NCBI GenBank assembly: GCA_964016885.1
Contig: OZ024760.1
Location: 18,166,001-18,230,000, forward strand
Source of the DNA: Eledone cirrhosa
Taxonomy: Eukaryota
DNA: 64,000 nucleotides
Direction of reading: 5' to 3'
In this document: positions 1 to 12,919 of the stretch, one piece after another
How the letters are laid out: each line of letters opens with the position of its first letter
Position numbering within the stretch: the stretch's first letter is position 1
Translations under genes and position numbers: made by a program
Notes under the pieces: generated by a model
Databases searched by the model: none
Seen by the model: the letters and a program-made list of their open reading frames with translations, nothing else
What the model was told of the DNA's origin: nothing

Positions 1-884
1 GATAAAAAAGAAGGCGAAAGAAAAAAAAAAAAGATTTTCAAGGGAGGTAACTGCAAAGTAATGTAACCGAGGTTAGTGGCTTCCCATTTTATAATTTCTT
101 TCGCTTATTTTTTCTCATTTTAAATTTTATTTACGTGTTTGTATTTTAAACTACGAAATACGGTAACTTATATGCAGTCGTTCAGCTTGCTAGAAATTGT
201 AAAATTGTAGAAATAATAGTCAAATATCCTTCTTAAATCAGAGCCTCTCTGTCTCGTCGTAAACAAAAAAGTAATGTTTACATTCAAAACTTCTGAATTA
301 TAATTCACAAATTCTCTCACTAATAAACATGAACCTAACCAGCCTACAACCTCCCTTATATACACATGCATAAATATCAGTTAATTATTTAGCCCCTTTT
401 CTCTTTACTAATAAGAAAATAATTTATGTATTAGTATATCATAATTGTTTCTATATTTGGCACAAGGCCAGCAATTAACTCAGTACATTACTGGTACTTT
501 ATTTTATCGACCCCGTAAGGATGAAAGGCAAAGTCAACCTCGGCGGGATTTGTCATAATAAACTTACGACAGGTTTAATTTATTAACGAGAAGATAAAAT
601 AGATTTATATAACAATTACTTTTTCTTCACTCTATTCCTGAGAGGGTTATAGGGGTAGATTCGTCAGCATCAGACAGATATTTTTAGGGTCTTATCAGAA
701 AAGAACCCTCACTAAATAAATCAGTTGAATTCCCAAGCGTGACCAACCAAGCTTATAGCTGTGATTATGTCTTGTAAAAGATATCATGATGAAATTATGG
801 CTTATAAATTTTAATTTTATCAAACATGGCAATTTGTCCACAACCCTTTTAAATCTTCAAGTCCCCTCTCACCCTCAGGCTTTC

Positions 885-1469
885 TACTCTCGGGTCACAA
901 ATAATGATTTTTAGTAGAGGCACAAGGCCAGTAATTTTTTTGGGGGGGCAGGGGAAAGTCGATTAAATCGACCCCAGAACACTTCTGGTACCTTATTTTA
1001 TCGACCCCGTAAGGATGAAAGGCAAAGTTAACCTCGGCGCGATTTGAACTCAGACCGTAAAGGACCGCATCTCTATGCTGCAAAGCACGGTGTCCGACTC
1101 TACCGATATTGCCAATCCACCGTCCTTAGGGTCACAAATAATAGGTGGTGGAAAATCGGTAATATTTCAAGGTTGTCTTCGTTGATTTTTTTAAAAACCA
1201 GAATTAGTCGTTTAGTTTACATATTGAGACCCCCCCCCCCCCATACACACACACACACAACCCATCCCGTTTATTTTATAACATATGGTATTTCTAGTAA
1301 TGTACTTTTTTTGTAATATATAATGTTTTTTTTATGTCTGAAGAAAATTAATTGTAGAGGAATGCTAATACTTAAAATAAAATTTCGCCCTGGGATAGAT
1401 TAGCAAAATGTAATAAGGTTGGGGTGGGAGAATAAGCGGGGAGGAGTGAATATTCTAGACCCGAGAGTA
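885..1469. mobile_element. MITE with TACTCTCGGGTC/GACCCGAGAGTA terminal inverted repeats (Tc1/mariner-like), carrying a nested SINE
   Basis: TIRs at both ends with flanking TA; body resembles the second copy at 5537-5874. Confidence 0.7.
906..1128 (-). mobile_element. tRNA-derived SINE family A, with 14-bp TSD
   Basis: TSD GGGTCACAAATAAT at 892-905 and 1129-1142; A box TGGCAATATCGG, B box GAGTTCAAATC; body CTTTGCCTTTCATCCTTACGGGGTCGATAAAAT. Confidence 0.85.
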
Positions 1470-1786
1470 GTAATCAGTCCCCATAACAGCACTGGTATAA
1501 TCAATATGATCAATCACTTCTCGTTATCTTTCTTGAGGTGAAATATTGTTTTTTATCAAGGGAAGCAACTCTTGTATTGACTATCAATATTTTTTACCCA
1601 GCTTCTGGTAATGGCGACGTTTGGAGAAATTACACCGGTGGCTATAAAGTTATTGTCATCAGCTCCTTAATTTCGGCCATCACCTATATCAAAGCTGCCA
1701 GTATGTTGGATTGCCTTTAAAATTATTAAAGGAAAACTCCCAAAACACTTTCTCTTTTCGCTTTTTTTTCTCCCTCTAATTTTATA

Positions 1787-2182
1787 TAATTGTTTCTACT
1801 TTAGGCACAAGGCCAGCAATAACCCAGTGCATTACTGGTACTTTATTTTATCGACTCCATAAGGATGAAAGGCAAAGTCAACCTCGGCGGGATTTGAACT
1901 CAGATCGTAAAGGGACGTAACTATGCTGGAAAGCATGGCGTCCGACCCTCTACCGATACTGCCAATCCACCGCCCTATATAATATAACCATTGTGGATTG
2001 GCAGTATCGGTAAAGGGTCAGACGCCATGCTTTGCAGCACAGTTACGTCCCTTTACGAACTGAGTTCAAATCCCGCTGAGGTTAACTTTGCCTTTCATCC
2101 TTACGGGGTCGATAAAATAAAGTACCAGTAATGTACTGGGTAAATTGCTGGCCTTGTGCCAAAAGTAGAAACAATTATTATT
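1787..2182. mobile_element. Head-to-head pair of family A SINEs
   Basis: About 1787-1975 (-) and 1992-2182 (+), separated by a short spacer. Confidence 0.85.
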
Positions 2183-2429
2183 AAATCACTCCAAATTCTT
2201 GATTATTTTCAAAATTATTAGAAAACCTGAGGCAACGTTTTTCATTAGAAATATAGTAACGAAAGAGTTAAAGTTTTTATATTTATCTATTAAAAATCAT
2301 CCATCATAATTTTATGTAAGAACCTTTTATGTAAGAACCACCAGTTTAATACTGAGAAAGTTATATTACTAAATCCCTCCAAATTATTAAAACACTTAGG
2401 CAATTTTTTTCATTAGAAATATTAATCAT

Positions 2430-3020
2430 CTTGCCAACAACAACCCTGAGCACCTTTTTGATTTCCATGTGTCTAACACACGTGGGCATGCTTACAAAGT
2501 CAGAAAACAGCACAGCTCCCATGACTTTTGGAAACATTTTTTTATGCTCAAAGTTGCTGAAGCATGGAACAAACTACCTGCATCAGTTGTTAGCTGTCGA
2601 GACACTGTATCCTTTAAAACCTCCATGGAACAAACTACCTGCATCTGCTGTTAGCTGTCGAGACACTGCATCCTTTAAGGCCTCCATGGAACAAACTACC
2701 TGCATCTGCTGTTAGCTGTCGAGACACTGCATCCTTTAAAACCTCCATGGAACAAACTACCTGCATCAGTTGTTAGCTGTCGAGACACTGCATCCTTTAA
2801 AACCTCCATGGAACAAACTACCTGCATCTGCTGTTAGCTGTCGAGACACTGCATCCTTTAAAACCTCCATGGAACAAACTACCTGCATCAGTTGTTAGCT
2901 GTCGAGACACTGCATCCTTTAAAACCTCCATGGAACAAACTACCTGCATCAGTTGTTAGCTGTCGAGACACTGCATCCTTTAAAACCTCCATGCTTCTTG
3001 AAATTCGCCAACACTACACC
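2430..3020 (+). mobile_element. CR1-type LINE 3' fragment with an internal 61-bp tandem amplification (~7 copies)
   Basis: SNTRGHAYKVRKQHSSHDFWKHFFMLKVAEAWNKLPASVV..FK matches the CR1 ORF2 C-terminal TRGH...FF..V...WN.LP motif. Confidence 0.75.
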
Positions 3021-3099
3021 TGATATTCCCCCGTCCATACACACGCACACATGTATAACATGACTCGTACACTGTTCATTTTCCTGACATTTGTACATT

Positions 3100-3630
3100 A
3101 GGGTCGGACGCCATGCTTTGCAGCATAGTTACGTCCCTTTACGATCTGAATTCAAATCCCGCCGAAGTTGACTTTGCCTTTCATCCTTACGGGGTCGATA
3201 AAATAAAGTACCAGTAATGCACTGGGTAATTGCTGCCCTTGTGCCTAAAGTAGAAACAATTATTCTATGTACTATACATGCACCTTTGATGAGTTGTAGT
3301 GCACCTGAGCACTGTACACAATAATTTCATTATTATCATTTTTTAATATTAACGATTTTCGTAAACATTGTATAATATAATTGTTTCTACTTTAGGCACA
3401 AGGCCAGCAATTACCCAGTACATTACTGGTACTTTATTTTATCGACCCCGTAAGGATGAAAGGCAAAGTTAACCTCGGCGGGATTTGAACTCAGACTGTA
3501 AAGGGACGTAACTATGGTAGAAAGCATGGCGTCCAACCCTCTACCGATACTGCCAATTCAGCGCATCCTGAATTGGCAGTATCGGTAGAGGGTTGGACGC
3601 CATGCTTTCTAGCATAGTTACGTCCCTTTA
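3100..3630. mobile_element. Three family A SINE pieces in +/-/+ orientation
   Basis: About 3100-3262 (+), 3377-3562 (-) and 3571-3630 (+). Confidence 0.8.
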
Positions 3631-3758
3631 TCAGTTATGAGTATAACACGAATATACCGAAATAACAAAATTAGAATTATTGATATGAAGAGGGCTGCTA
3701 TTTCAATTTAATAAAAAGCAGCACAGTTGGCTGCTATTTCTCTTATGCATTGTGTATC

Positions 3759-3990
3759 TTAATCCTTTAGCATTTAAACCAGCCATATCCAGGTAGAATT
3801 ATCTCATCTCTTCCTATTCAAACCAGCTGTAATCAGCTGCTCATACTTATGTTAAGGTATTGTTCTCAAAATAAATAATATCAAAATCTCATAGATTCGA
3901 TATTATGTGAGATAGGTATGTGAGATTCATCCTTTATCATGATAATATAATAGTATACATATAGAGTAATGTAAATGCTAAAGGATTAAA
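3759..3990. mobile_element. piggyBac-like MITE (TTAA-CC(C)TTTAGC...GCTAAAGG(G)-TTAA)
   Basis: TTAA-flanked TIRs; related copies at about 28460-28960, 56950-57176 and 60170-60530. Confidence 0.6.
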
Positions 3991-4227
3991 CTACATTATC
4001 CAGTGTGTCTCTCCAAGATGGTGGCTTAGAAATTTAGGAGAGAACTTTGGCTGCTATTTCCATGTTGAGTTGTGTGTATATATGTGTATGTATACAAACA
4101 CACATATATCAAAAGGCTATCATAAAATCCAGTGATCCAAAAAGGTATCCTGTGAGATGAGTGACTACTACTAAAACTCACCATTTTTCATGTGGAAGTT
4201 CAAGTGGAGTCTGGGTAAAAATCATAC

Positions 4228-4838
4228 AGGATGTGACTCATTATAAGGTGGCTTGCATAGGATGTGGGTCATCGTAGGCTGGGCCACATAGGATGTGGGT
4301 CATCGTAGGCTGGGCCACATAGGATGTGGGTCATCGTAGGCTGGGCCACATAGGATGTGGGTCATAAGGTGGGCCACATAGGATGTGGGTCATAAGGTGA
4401 GCCACATAGGATGTGGGTCATCATAAGGTGGGCTACATAGGATGTGGCTCATTATAAGGTGGGCCACATAGGATGTGGATCATAAAATGGGCCACATAGG
4501 ATGTGTCATCATAAGGTGGGCCACATAGGATGTGACTCATTATAATGTGGGCCACATAGGATGTGGACCATAAGGTGGGCCACATAGGATGTGGGTCATA
4601 AGGTGGGTCATCATAAGGTGGACCACATAGGATGTGGGTCATCATAAGGCGGGCCACATAGGATGTGGGTCATAAGGTGGGCCACATAGGATGTGGGCCA
4701 TAAGGTAGTCCACATAGGATGTGACTTATCATAAGGTGGACCACATAGGATGTGACTTATCATAAGGTGAGCCACGTAGGATGTGACTTATCATAAGGTG
4801 GACCACATAGGATGTGACTTATCATAGGGCGGGCCACA
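4228..4838. repeat. ~28-31-bp minisatellite (ggccacataggatgtgggtcataaggtg)
   Basis: About 20 degenerate tandem units. Confidence 0.9.
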
Positions 4839-5536
4839 CTACTAACAAATTCAATGTAATTTTGAAACTAGGCGTACCATTCAGAAAACCAAACTGGCCA
4901 CATGTGGCTCACAGGCCACATGTGGCTCACAGGCCACACTTTACCCTTGACTGCTATAAAACCATCAATACTTTATTGTTTCCATAAAATAACATAAAAT
5001 AAGTGAAATACTTTATTATACACTCTGAGAGTCAGTCGGTCGGCACGTAAAAACTGTTCCACATATCTTCTTCATTCCTCTTAGCTTCGGTTGGCCTCAT
5101 CTCTTGAAAACTTTTCCTTGCACTTTTTATCTTTTTTATTTTAGTTTTGACGAATACTTTCTTGTTTCTCTCTATATTGTTTTTTTCTTTCGTGAGTTTT
5201 TTTTATTTTTTCGCATAAATATTATTTGTGTTGTTATTATTATTATTATTTAAATTAAATATGAAATTAAAAATCTAAAAAAACCAGGAAGAATTAAAAA
5301 TGAAAATAAGGATTTTCAACATAAGTGCAAGGCCAGAACCAGGGGATATAGTTGACAACAGCAGGGAAGGAGAAGGTTTTCCCCACCTTCCATAACATAA
5401 CCGCTACTTTATTTTATTAATCCCTGAAGGATAAAAATCAAAATCAAACCCTGCTAGGATTTGAACTCACAGCATCTTCTTATTAACTCGTATTATAATT
5501 CTATTCCCATCTAGGCTGGTGTATTGGCAATATATT

Positions 5537-5874
5537 TACTCTCAGGTCCCAAATAATAGGATAGAGGGAGGTTGGAATAAGCAGGGGTATTGGACATTTG
5601 CTTAAAGTCTTATAAGCGAGGGGAGGGGGTAATTGTATGGTGTACGTTAGTAAATATGGGATTTCTTGTAATGTTATTTTTTTTGTCATATATGTTTTTT
5701 TTATAATGTAAAATAAAATTATTATTAGATTCTCTAGCTGCTGTATCAATATGAATCACTTACAATAAAATTCCGCCGAAGATAGATTAGCAAAATTTAT
5801 TAAGCGTGGGGTTGGAAAAGTCTGAAAAATTAATAAGCAGGGGAGTGGGGGTGATTATTCAAGACCTGAGAGTA
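5537..5874. mobile_element. Second copy of the same MITE
   Basis: TACTCTCAGGTC...GACCTGAGAGTA; shared internal gatagattagcaaaat and aataagc.gggg motifs. Confidence 0.7.
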
Positions 5875-6959
5875 ATTAAACCCTAGCGTCTTACTGATAC
5901 TATATTTTATCACATTTGAAAGGCTTAAATTGTAAAGATAGTCTTAGTCTATTATAATTCCATTCACATCTAGGATGTATCAGTATATTACTGGTACTTT
6001 ACTTGATCAATCAACCTTCCTGGAAGGGTGAAAGGCAGAATTGATCTCAATAGGATTTGAACTCAGAATGTAAAAGGTAAAAGGTAAAAAGCCCCTTTGG
6101 TCACAAATGACCATGGAATTTGTACCTAGAAAGTTCCCCATCTGAGGTAAGTCCAGGTAAGGTTTTTTATGGAAGACCAGCAGTCGCCCATATATACCAG
6201 TCTCCTCTCTCCATGCCACCAATTTTGTCCAAGTGAAAGGTAATGGCCGATACAGCTTGGCACCAGTGACACCGCAACATATATATATACATATATATAC
6301 ATATATATTCTTTTTTTATACTATATATGATGCACTCTATACAATATAAATACATTGTACACACACTATATGTGATGTTGTCCAAAGGAAAGGCTAATGC
6401 CGATACAGCTTGGCACCAGTGACGTCGCAACTCATTTCTACAGCTGAGTAAACTGGGGCAACGTGAAAATAAAGTGTCTTGCTCAAAGACATGACGCATC
6501 ACCAGGTCCTAGAATTGAACTCACAACCTCATAACTTGCAAGCCCAATGCTCTAACTACTAAGCCATGCACCTTTAGACTGTACAAAGCTTATAACTAAA
6601 TACTTGTAAGACAGTAGTGTCTGATACACTGCCAGTATACAGGGACATTTCTAAAAATTATACTGCAAAACATACTTTCTTCTAGTTCGACGCTCTACTG
6701 GTTCTGCTCTGCTGGTTGAATAATTAAAATTACGAAATTAAAAATAATTAATTATGTAAAATAAATTAATTAATTCAAAATATAAATAAATAAAAACGAA
6801 AACAAACAAAATAACGGGATGGATCTCCACCTGTTTGAATGATGAGTATTACTATTGTTTGGCCAGTAAAACAGCCTGCTGGTGAAATTAATGTGTAAGT
6901 GTCCGAGCATTCCACAGACACGTGTACCATTAACATGATTCTCAGGGAGGTTCAGCATG

Positions 6960-7432
6960 TCACAGTGTGTGTGACAGGACTGGCTTTGTATAACACAGTG
7001 TGTCTGTGACAAGACTGACTTTGTATGACACAGTGTGACAAGATTGGCTCACTGTGATACAGTGTGACAGGACTGGCTTTGTATGACACAGTGTGACAAG
7101 ATTGGCTCAGTGTGACAAGATTGGCTCAGTGTGACACAAAGTATGACACTGTGTGACATGACTGGTCTAGTGTGACTGAGTTTGTGTGACAAAGCTAGGC
7201 CAGTGTGACACGAGGTATGTGTGTGATAAAGCTGGCCCAGTGTGACACTGAGTTTGTGTGACAAAGCTGGGCCAGTGTGACACAAGGTGTGTGACAAAGC
7301 TGGCCCAGTGTGACACTGAGTTTGTGTGACAAAGCTGGCCCAGTGTGACATGACTGGCCTAGTGTGACACAAGGTGCGTGACATGATTGGCCTAGTGTGA
7401 CAAAGTATATGACAAAGCTAGCCCAGTGTGAC
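6960..7432. repeat. Degenerate gtgtgaca-based minisatellite
   Basis: Recurring gtgtgacaaagctggcccagtgtgaca. Confidence 0.8.
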
Positions 7433-8574
7433 ACCAAACCAGACCCCAATGAATTACTGGTACAGTTCATCCGACGAAATTCCAAACAGTTTCTCTCTGT
7501 CCCAGTTTAACTCACAAGACATGGGTCGACAGGGTTTTTTTTATATAGTAAATGACATATGGCCAAGATTCCACATGTGTTGGGGGGCGGGGATCAAGAC
7601 CCAGTGATTGGGAAGGGAACTCTTCCCCTTAACTATTCAACCACATTAAGTCCTTTCAAACAAGCAAAAATAAATAAAAATAAATAAATAAAAAACAGCA
7701 CAAAACAAAATAAAAAAAAGAAAGAAGTTTATAGGAAGTGAATTGTATCAATAATGTCAAATGAAAAATTATTGAAAAATAAATGAAAAGATGAATAAGC
7801 AGGTCACAGAGTGCATGAGATATTTGGGTCAGGTCAGGTCAGAGGTCAGAGGTCAAAGGTGGCAGGCCAGAGGTTTAGAGAAAAAGATTTCTTCCAAACA
7901 ATTTGGAAAATAGTTTAGTTTTTTTTTTGTTTTTTTTTTTGTTTTTTCTTTTCTTTTGAATTACGGTTCTTGCATTGGTAGAATGTCAGGGAATCAACAT
8001 GAGAATATGTGTGTGTGTTTATGTGTATGTGTATGTATATGTGTGTGTATGGATGTGTATGTGTGTGTGAGGATGTATGTGTATGTGTATGTATATGTAT
8101 GTATGTATGTATATGTATGTATGTATATGTATGTGTATGTGCGTGTGTATATATGTATGTGAAGATGTGTATGTATGTATATATATGTATGTGTATGTAT
8201 GTATATATGTGTATGTATGTATATATGTGTATGTATGTATATGTGTGTGTATGTATATGTTTGTAAATGTATGTATATGAATGTGTATATATGTGTGTGG
8301 GTTTATGTATGTGCATGTATGTATATGTGTGTGTGTATGTGTGTGGATATATGTGTGTGAGTGTATATGTGTGTATGTAGGAATATGTATTTGTATATAT
8401 AAATATGTAGATGTGTATGTATGTATATATATATGTATGTATATATCTTTGTGTGTATGTATGTTAATGTGTATGCATGTGCATTACATGTGTATATATT
8501 TGCAACTGCAAATGTATGTGTATATATATATATATATATACACATACATTTGCAGTTGCAAATATATACACATG

Positions 8575-8829
<255 letters not shown>

Positions 8830-8839
8830 ATATATATAT

Positions 8840-8954
<115 letters not shown>

Positions 8955-9093
8955 ATGTGCATATATATATGTGTGTATATATGTATATGTGTGTGTATGG
9001 AAGTGAGGAGATACACGTGTTATCAAATCTCAGTCTTTAGAATTAAAAAAAAAATATATATGTATATATGTATGTATATATAAATAAATGAAA

Positions 9094-9299
9094 TTAGCTG
9101 GGAGTCATGGCTTCCGTTGTTGCTGTTGTTTTTAAGGAGTCGTTCATTAAAATTTCCCTTTCGACCAAGGTACACTCAGCCACCTCATTGGTCTGGCCAT
9201 CTTGGCAGTTTTCTGTCGAGATAAGAATCACGTTGTTTATGTCTGACTTTCGACTCGAGGTCGCTGGCAGATCCGACTCTACAGAGATGCGATGAACTG

Positions 9300-9336
<37 letters not shown>

Positions 9337-10100
9337 TGTTGTTGTTGTTGTTGTTGTGCTTGTTGTGCTTGTTGTTGTTGTTGCCGAATCTTCTGCTGCA
9401 CCACCATCACCACCACCACCACCACCACCACCACCAGTACTGCTTCTGTTGCTACTACTGCATCTCTTCGTAGCTTCTTCTTTATCAATATTAATGACTT
9501 CTTCCTTGCTTACGGCTACCAAAGTCTCTACTGCGTCTCCAGATTTATCTGGCTTACCTCCCTTGATCATAAAATCCGTGACGGCCACACTACTCTTTTC
9601 AGATATTATAACGCTGGCTTCGATATTAACTTTTGACATCTCCGTCATAACGTAACTCGTTTTCTCTGTTGTCTCCGATGAAACATTAGTGTCCTTCATG
9701 CTGAAAATCTCTGCAGAACCAGTCACTCCACCTCCTCCTCCTCCTTCCTCTGTTTCTGTTACTGATGTGGTGGTGGTGGTGGGGCTGGTGATGACTGGTG
9801 TTGTTTCTTCTTCAACTTTTAACTTCTCTTTCGGAGCGGAGGGCTCGACTTTGTCGTCAACATTCTTGCCGTCACTCTCCCCGTTCAGAACATCGTCATT
9901 TTTTGAATCCAAGTCTTTCTCTTTCTTGTCTAGAATGGCTGAATTAGAATGGTTCACTTTGGCGTGTGGCACACACACGTAGACAGGTCTGTATAGCACC
10001 ACCTCTTCAGTATGTTCGTCTTCGTCACCCATGTACACACCTCCAAACTGGAACTCCGAACTGATATAGATTCCTCCCTCTACATGGCTCACAGCATTCT
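9094..10100 (-). CDS. Alpha-arrestin exon 7 (terminal; long low-complexity tail)
   Basis: ttgtttccAG acceptor, in phase with exon 6 (G+AG=E); ENAVSHVEGGIYISSEFQFGGVY...VVLYRPVYVCVP, then an acidic/S/T/G-rich tail to TAA at 9094-9096. Confidence 0.88.
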
Positions 10101-10126
10101 CTGGAAACAAACAAAAAAAAAACAAA

Positions 10127-10289
10127 TACAGTGAAATTCACGGGATATAAAAAAAAAATTTGTTGTAACGAAAAACTCTTTATAACAATATCGACCTAAC
10201 AGATCGAGTGTGGCCCGGAATGAAAAAAATTTTGTTATACTGAAAAATTTGTTATAATGGTATTCGTTATAACAGAATTTTACCCGTAT
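10127..10289. mobile_element. Pogo/Tigger-like MITE remnant next to the exon 7 acceptor
   Basis: TA-CAGTGAAATTC...GAATTTTACCCG-TA with internal GTTATAAC motifs. Confidence 0.45.
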
Positions 10290-10797
10290 ACATATATATA
10301 TATATCATCATCATCATCATCATCATCACCGTTTTACGTCCGTTCTTCCACGCTAGCATGGGTTAGACGGGTTGTCCTGTTGTGGGCAGTGTCTGGTCAG
10401 CTGACCATGCCTTGCTCAATATATATATATATCATCATCATTTTAACATCCGCTTTCCCTGCTAGAGGGATTGGACAGATCTATATAGACAAAGTCAGTA
10501 CTGAAGTGGAGCCACAGATCTCCTGGACAGGCCAGGGATCACTTATGTACTGTCTTGTGTTCCATCAAGTGCTCAAAAGAGGTTGTCAAGCCTGTGAGAA
10601 CAACTGAGGGTCCTCTCAACCCTTTGTTTGGCTAGATTTCTATGGCTGGATGCCCTTCCTAGCACCCAACCACTTTACAGTGTGTACTGGATGTATTTAT
10701 TGTGTAAATCACCAATACTAGGGAGGCTGTCATGCCCTTGACATATTTAAAGAATTTTTTTAGGAACTTTCAATGTTTTTCAAGTTTTTGTAGGTTT

Positions 10798-10860
10798 TGT
10801 CGTCTGAAGAGCTCAGGCTATCATAACTAATAGACCTCAGTGAAATATGTATAACAGACT
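10798..10860 (+). ncRNA. Degenerate hammerhead-like motif in arrestin intron 6
   Basis: CTGAAGA-GCTCAGG-CTAT...ATAG-ACCTCAGT-GAAATATGTA-TAACAGAC followed by AATAAA; stems I and III are poor. Confidence 0.4.
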
Positions 10861-10894
10861 TTTAAATAAACCTATGGTCTCCGATCTTTTAATA

Positions 10895-11288
10895 ATAATA
10901 ATTGTTTCTACTTTTGGCACAAAGCCAGCAATTACCCAGTGCATTACTGGTACTTTATTTTATCGACCCCGCTTGGTGTTGTTCTACTTGATTGGACGCC
11001 ATGCTTTGATACATAGAGTTATGGCCCCGATAAAATAAAGTACCAATAATGTACTGGGTGATTGCTGGCCTTGTGCCAAAAGTAGAAACAATTATTATGA
11101 TGGCAGTATCGGACGCCATGCTTTGCAGCAAAGAGTTATGGCCCGTTATGATCTGAGTTCAAATCCCGCCGAGGTTAACTTTGCCTTTCATCCTTACGGG
11201 GTCGATAAAATAAAGTACCAGTAATACACTGGGTAATTGCTGGCCTTGTGCCAAAAGTAGAAACCATTATTATTATTATTATTATTAT

Positions 11289-11290
<2 letters not shown>
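10895..11290. mobile_element. Family A SINE cluster (-,+,+) in arrestin intron 6
   Basis: Same consensus. Further copies at about 440-552, 24580-24865, 26000-26180, 27160-27290, 30430-30617 and 41597-41785. Confidence 0.8.
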
Positions 11291-11327
<37 letters not shown>

Positions 11328-11359
11328 CAGCAGCAGTAGTAGAAGTGATCTATATTTAC

Positions 11360-11471
11360 CATATCTGACTTCAGGTGCCGGACTATTTGGAATACGGAAA
11401 GGAACAGTTCCAATTGTTATTGGAAATTCAATATGGAGGACATCGCCAGTTTTTTCCATGTGGAGATAAAC
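11360..11471 (-). CDS. Alpha-arrestin exon 6
   Basis: atctttcAG acceptor; VYLHMEKTGDVLHIEFPITIGTVPFRIPNSPAPEVRY contains the PI.IGT.P end of Arrestin_C; donor G|GTAAAT, phase 1. Confidence 0.93.
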
Positions 11472-11544
11472 CTGAAAGATGGCCACAGACAGTTATTAGT
11501 GGATAACAACAACAACAGATAAATTGGTGTCTTATATTAGATAC

Positions 11545-12050
11545 AGTATAGGGTACAGTACAGTGTTGTGGTGTAGGGTATGGTACTGTATTGTAAAGTA
11601 CAGTGTTATGGTGTAGAGTGCAATACTACAGTAAAGAGTACAGCAAAGTACTACAGTATAGAGTAGAGTACAGTGTTGTAGTGTAGAGTACAGTGTTGTA
11701 GTGTAGAGTACAGTACAGTGTTGTATAGTATAGTGTTGTACTCTAGAGTACAATGCAGTGTTGTAGTGTAGAGTACAGTGCTGTAGTATAGAGTACTGTA
11801 GTGTAGAGTATAGTGCTGTAGTGTAGAGTACAGTGTTGTAGTGTAGAGTACAGTGTTGTAGTGTAGAGTACAGTGCTGTAGTGTAGGGCACAGAGCTGTA
11901 GTGTAGGGCACAGAGCTGTAGTGTAGAGTACAGTGCTGTAGTGTACAGTACTGTAGTGTAGAGTACAGTGTTCTAGTGTAGACTACAGTGTTGTAGTGTA
12001 GAGTACAGTGTAATGTTGTAGTGTAGAGTACAGTGTTGTAATGTAGAGTA
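11545..12050. repeat. ~20-bp minisatellite (gtgtagagtacagtgttgta)
   Basis: Tandem units in intron 5. Confidence 0.9.
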
Positions 12051-12234
12051 TACAAACAAGGAAAAAAGTGAAAAAAACTGTGCAGTATACAGGGAATAAT
12101 AGGGTATGTTTTGGGCTTAGGGAACTCAAGGTCTGGGTGGCAAAAGACAAGGCACACTCAGTATGTTTTGGGCACTAAAAGAGTTAAAGATTTCAACAGA
12201 CAAAAAGAGACAAGATAAATTATTATATTAAAAA

Positions 12235-12434
12235 NNNNNNNNNNNNNNNNNNNNNNNNNNNNNNNNNNNNNNNNNNNNNNNNNNNNNNNNNNNNNNNNNN
12301 NNNNNNNNNNNNNNNNNNNNNNNNNNNNNNNNNNNNNNNNNNNNNNNNNNNNNNNNNNNNNNNNNNNNNNNNNNNNNNNNNNNNNNNNNNNNNNNNNNNN
12401 NNNNNNNNNNNNNNNNNNNNNNNNNNNNNNNNNN
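12235..12434. other. Assembly gap (200 N)
   Basis: Run of N. Confidence 1.
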
Positions 12435-12558
12435 GAGAGAGATCGTCAATCCTAGCTGTAGTAAAAGGGGCCACAGGACTACCTTCCACTTCAAATACTT
12501 TATGAGATGTGTCTTTATTTAATCCCAACACACCTTTGTTGATGAAGAACTGGACATA
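12435..12558 (-). CDS. Alpha-arrestin exon 5 (3' part lost in assembly gap)
   Basis: ctgttgcAG acceptor; YVQFFINKGVLGLNKDTSHKVFEVEGSPVAPFTTARIDDLS runs into the N-gap; donor not visible. Confidence 0.85.
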
Positions 12559-12699
12559 CTGCAACAGAAGAGAGGCTTAAAGAGTTAACAAAAATAGCAG
12601 ATTATATAGATATATATATGTATGTGTGTGCACATGTGAGAGTCCCAGGTTAAATTGTGGATAACCACAGTAAGTAAAGTACTCAATACATTAGTAGAG

Positions 12700-12752
12700 T
12701 GGTTTCCTGATGATCTCTTTTGAATGAAACAATTCTAGTCCAGTAGAAACCA
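12700..12752 (+). ncRNA. Hammerhead of the 54.3-kb family, partly decayed, antisense in arrestin intron 4
   Basis: UGGUUUC-CUGAUGA-UCUCUUUUGAAU-GAAACAA-UUCUAGUC-CAGUA|GAAACCA. Stem I co-varies relative to the 54.3-kb copy; upstream taaccacagtaagtaa.gtactcaatac is shared with 54215-54242. Confidence 0.65.
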
Positions 12753-12766
12753 TTTCTATATTAAAC

Positions 12767-12811
<45 letters not shown>

Positions 12812-12919
12812 CAACAGAAGGCCGTACTTCAAGATATGTTGTAAATGTTAATCCCTTGAAATTACTATACATATTTCAATGGCCCAGCTCCATCATCCAA
12901 TTATGATGCAAGACAGGAT

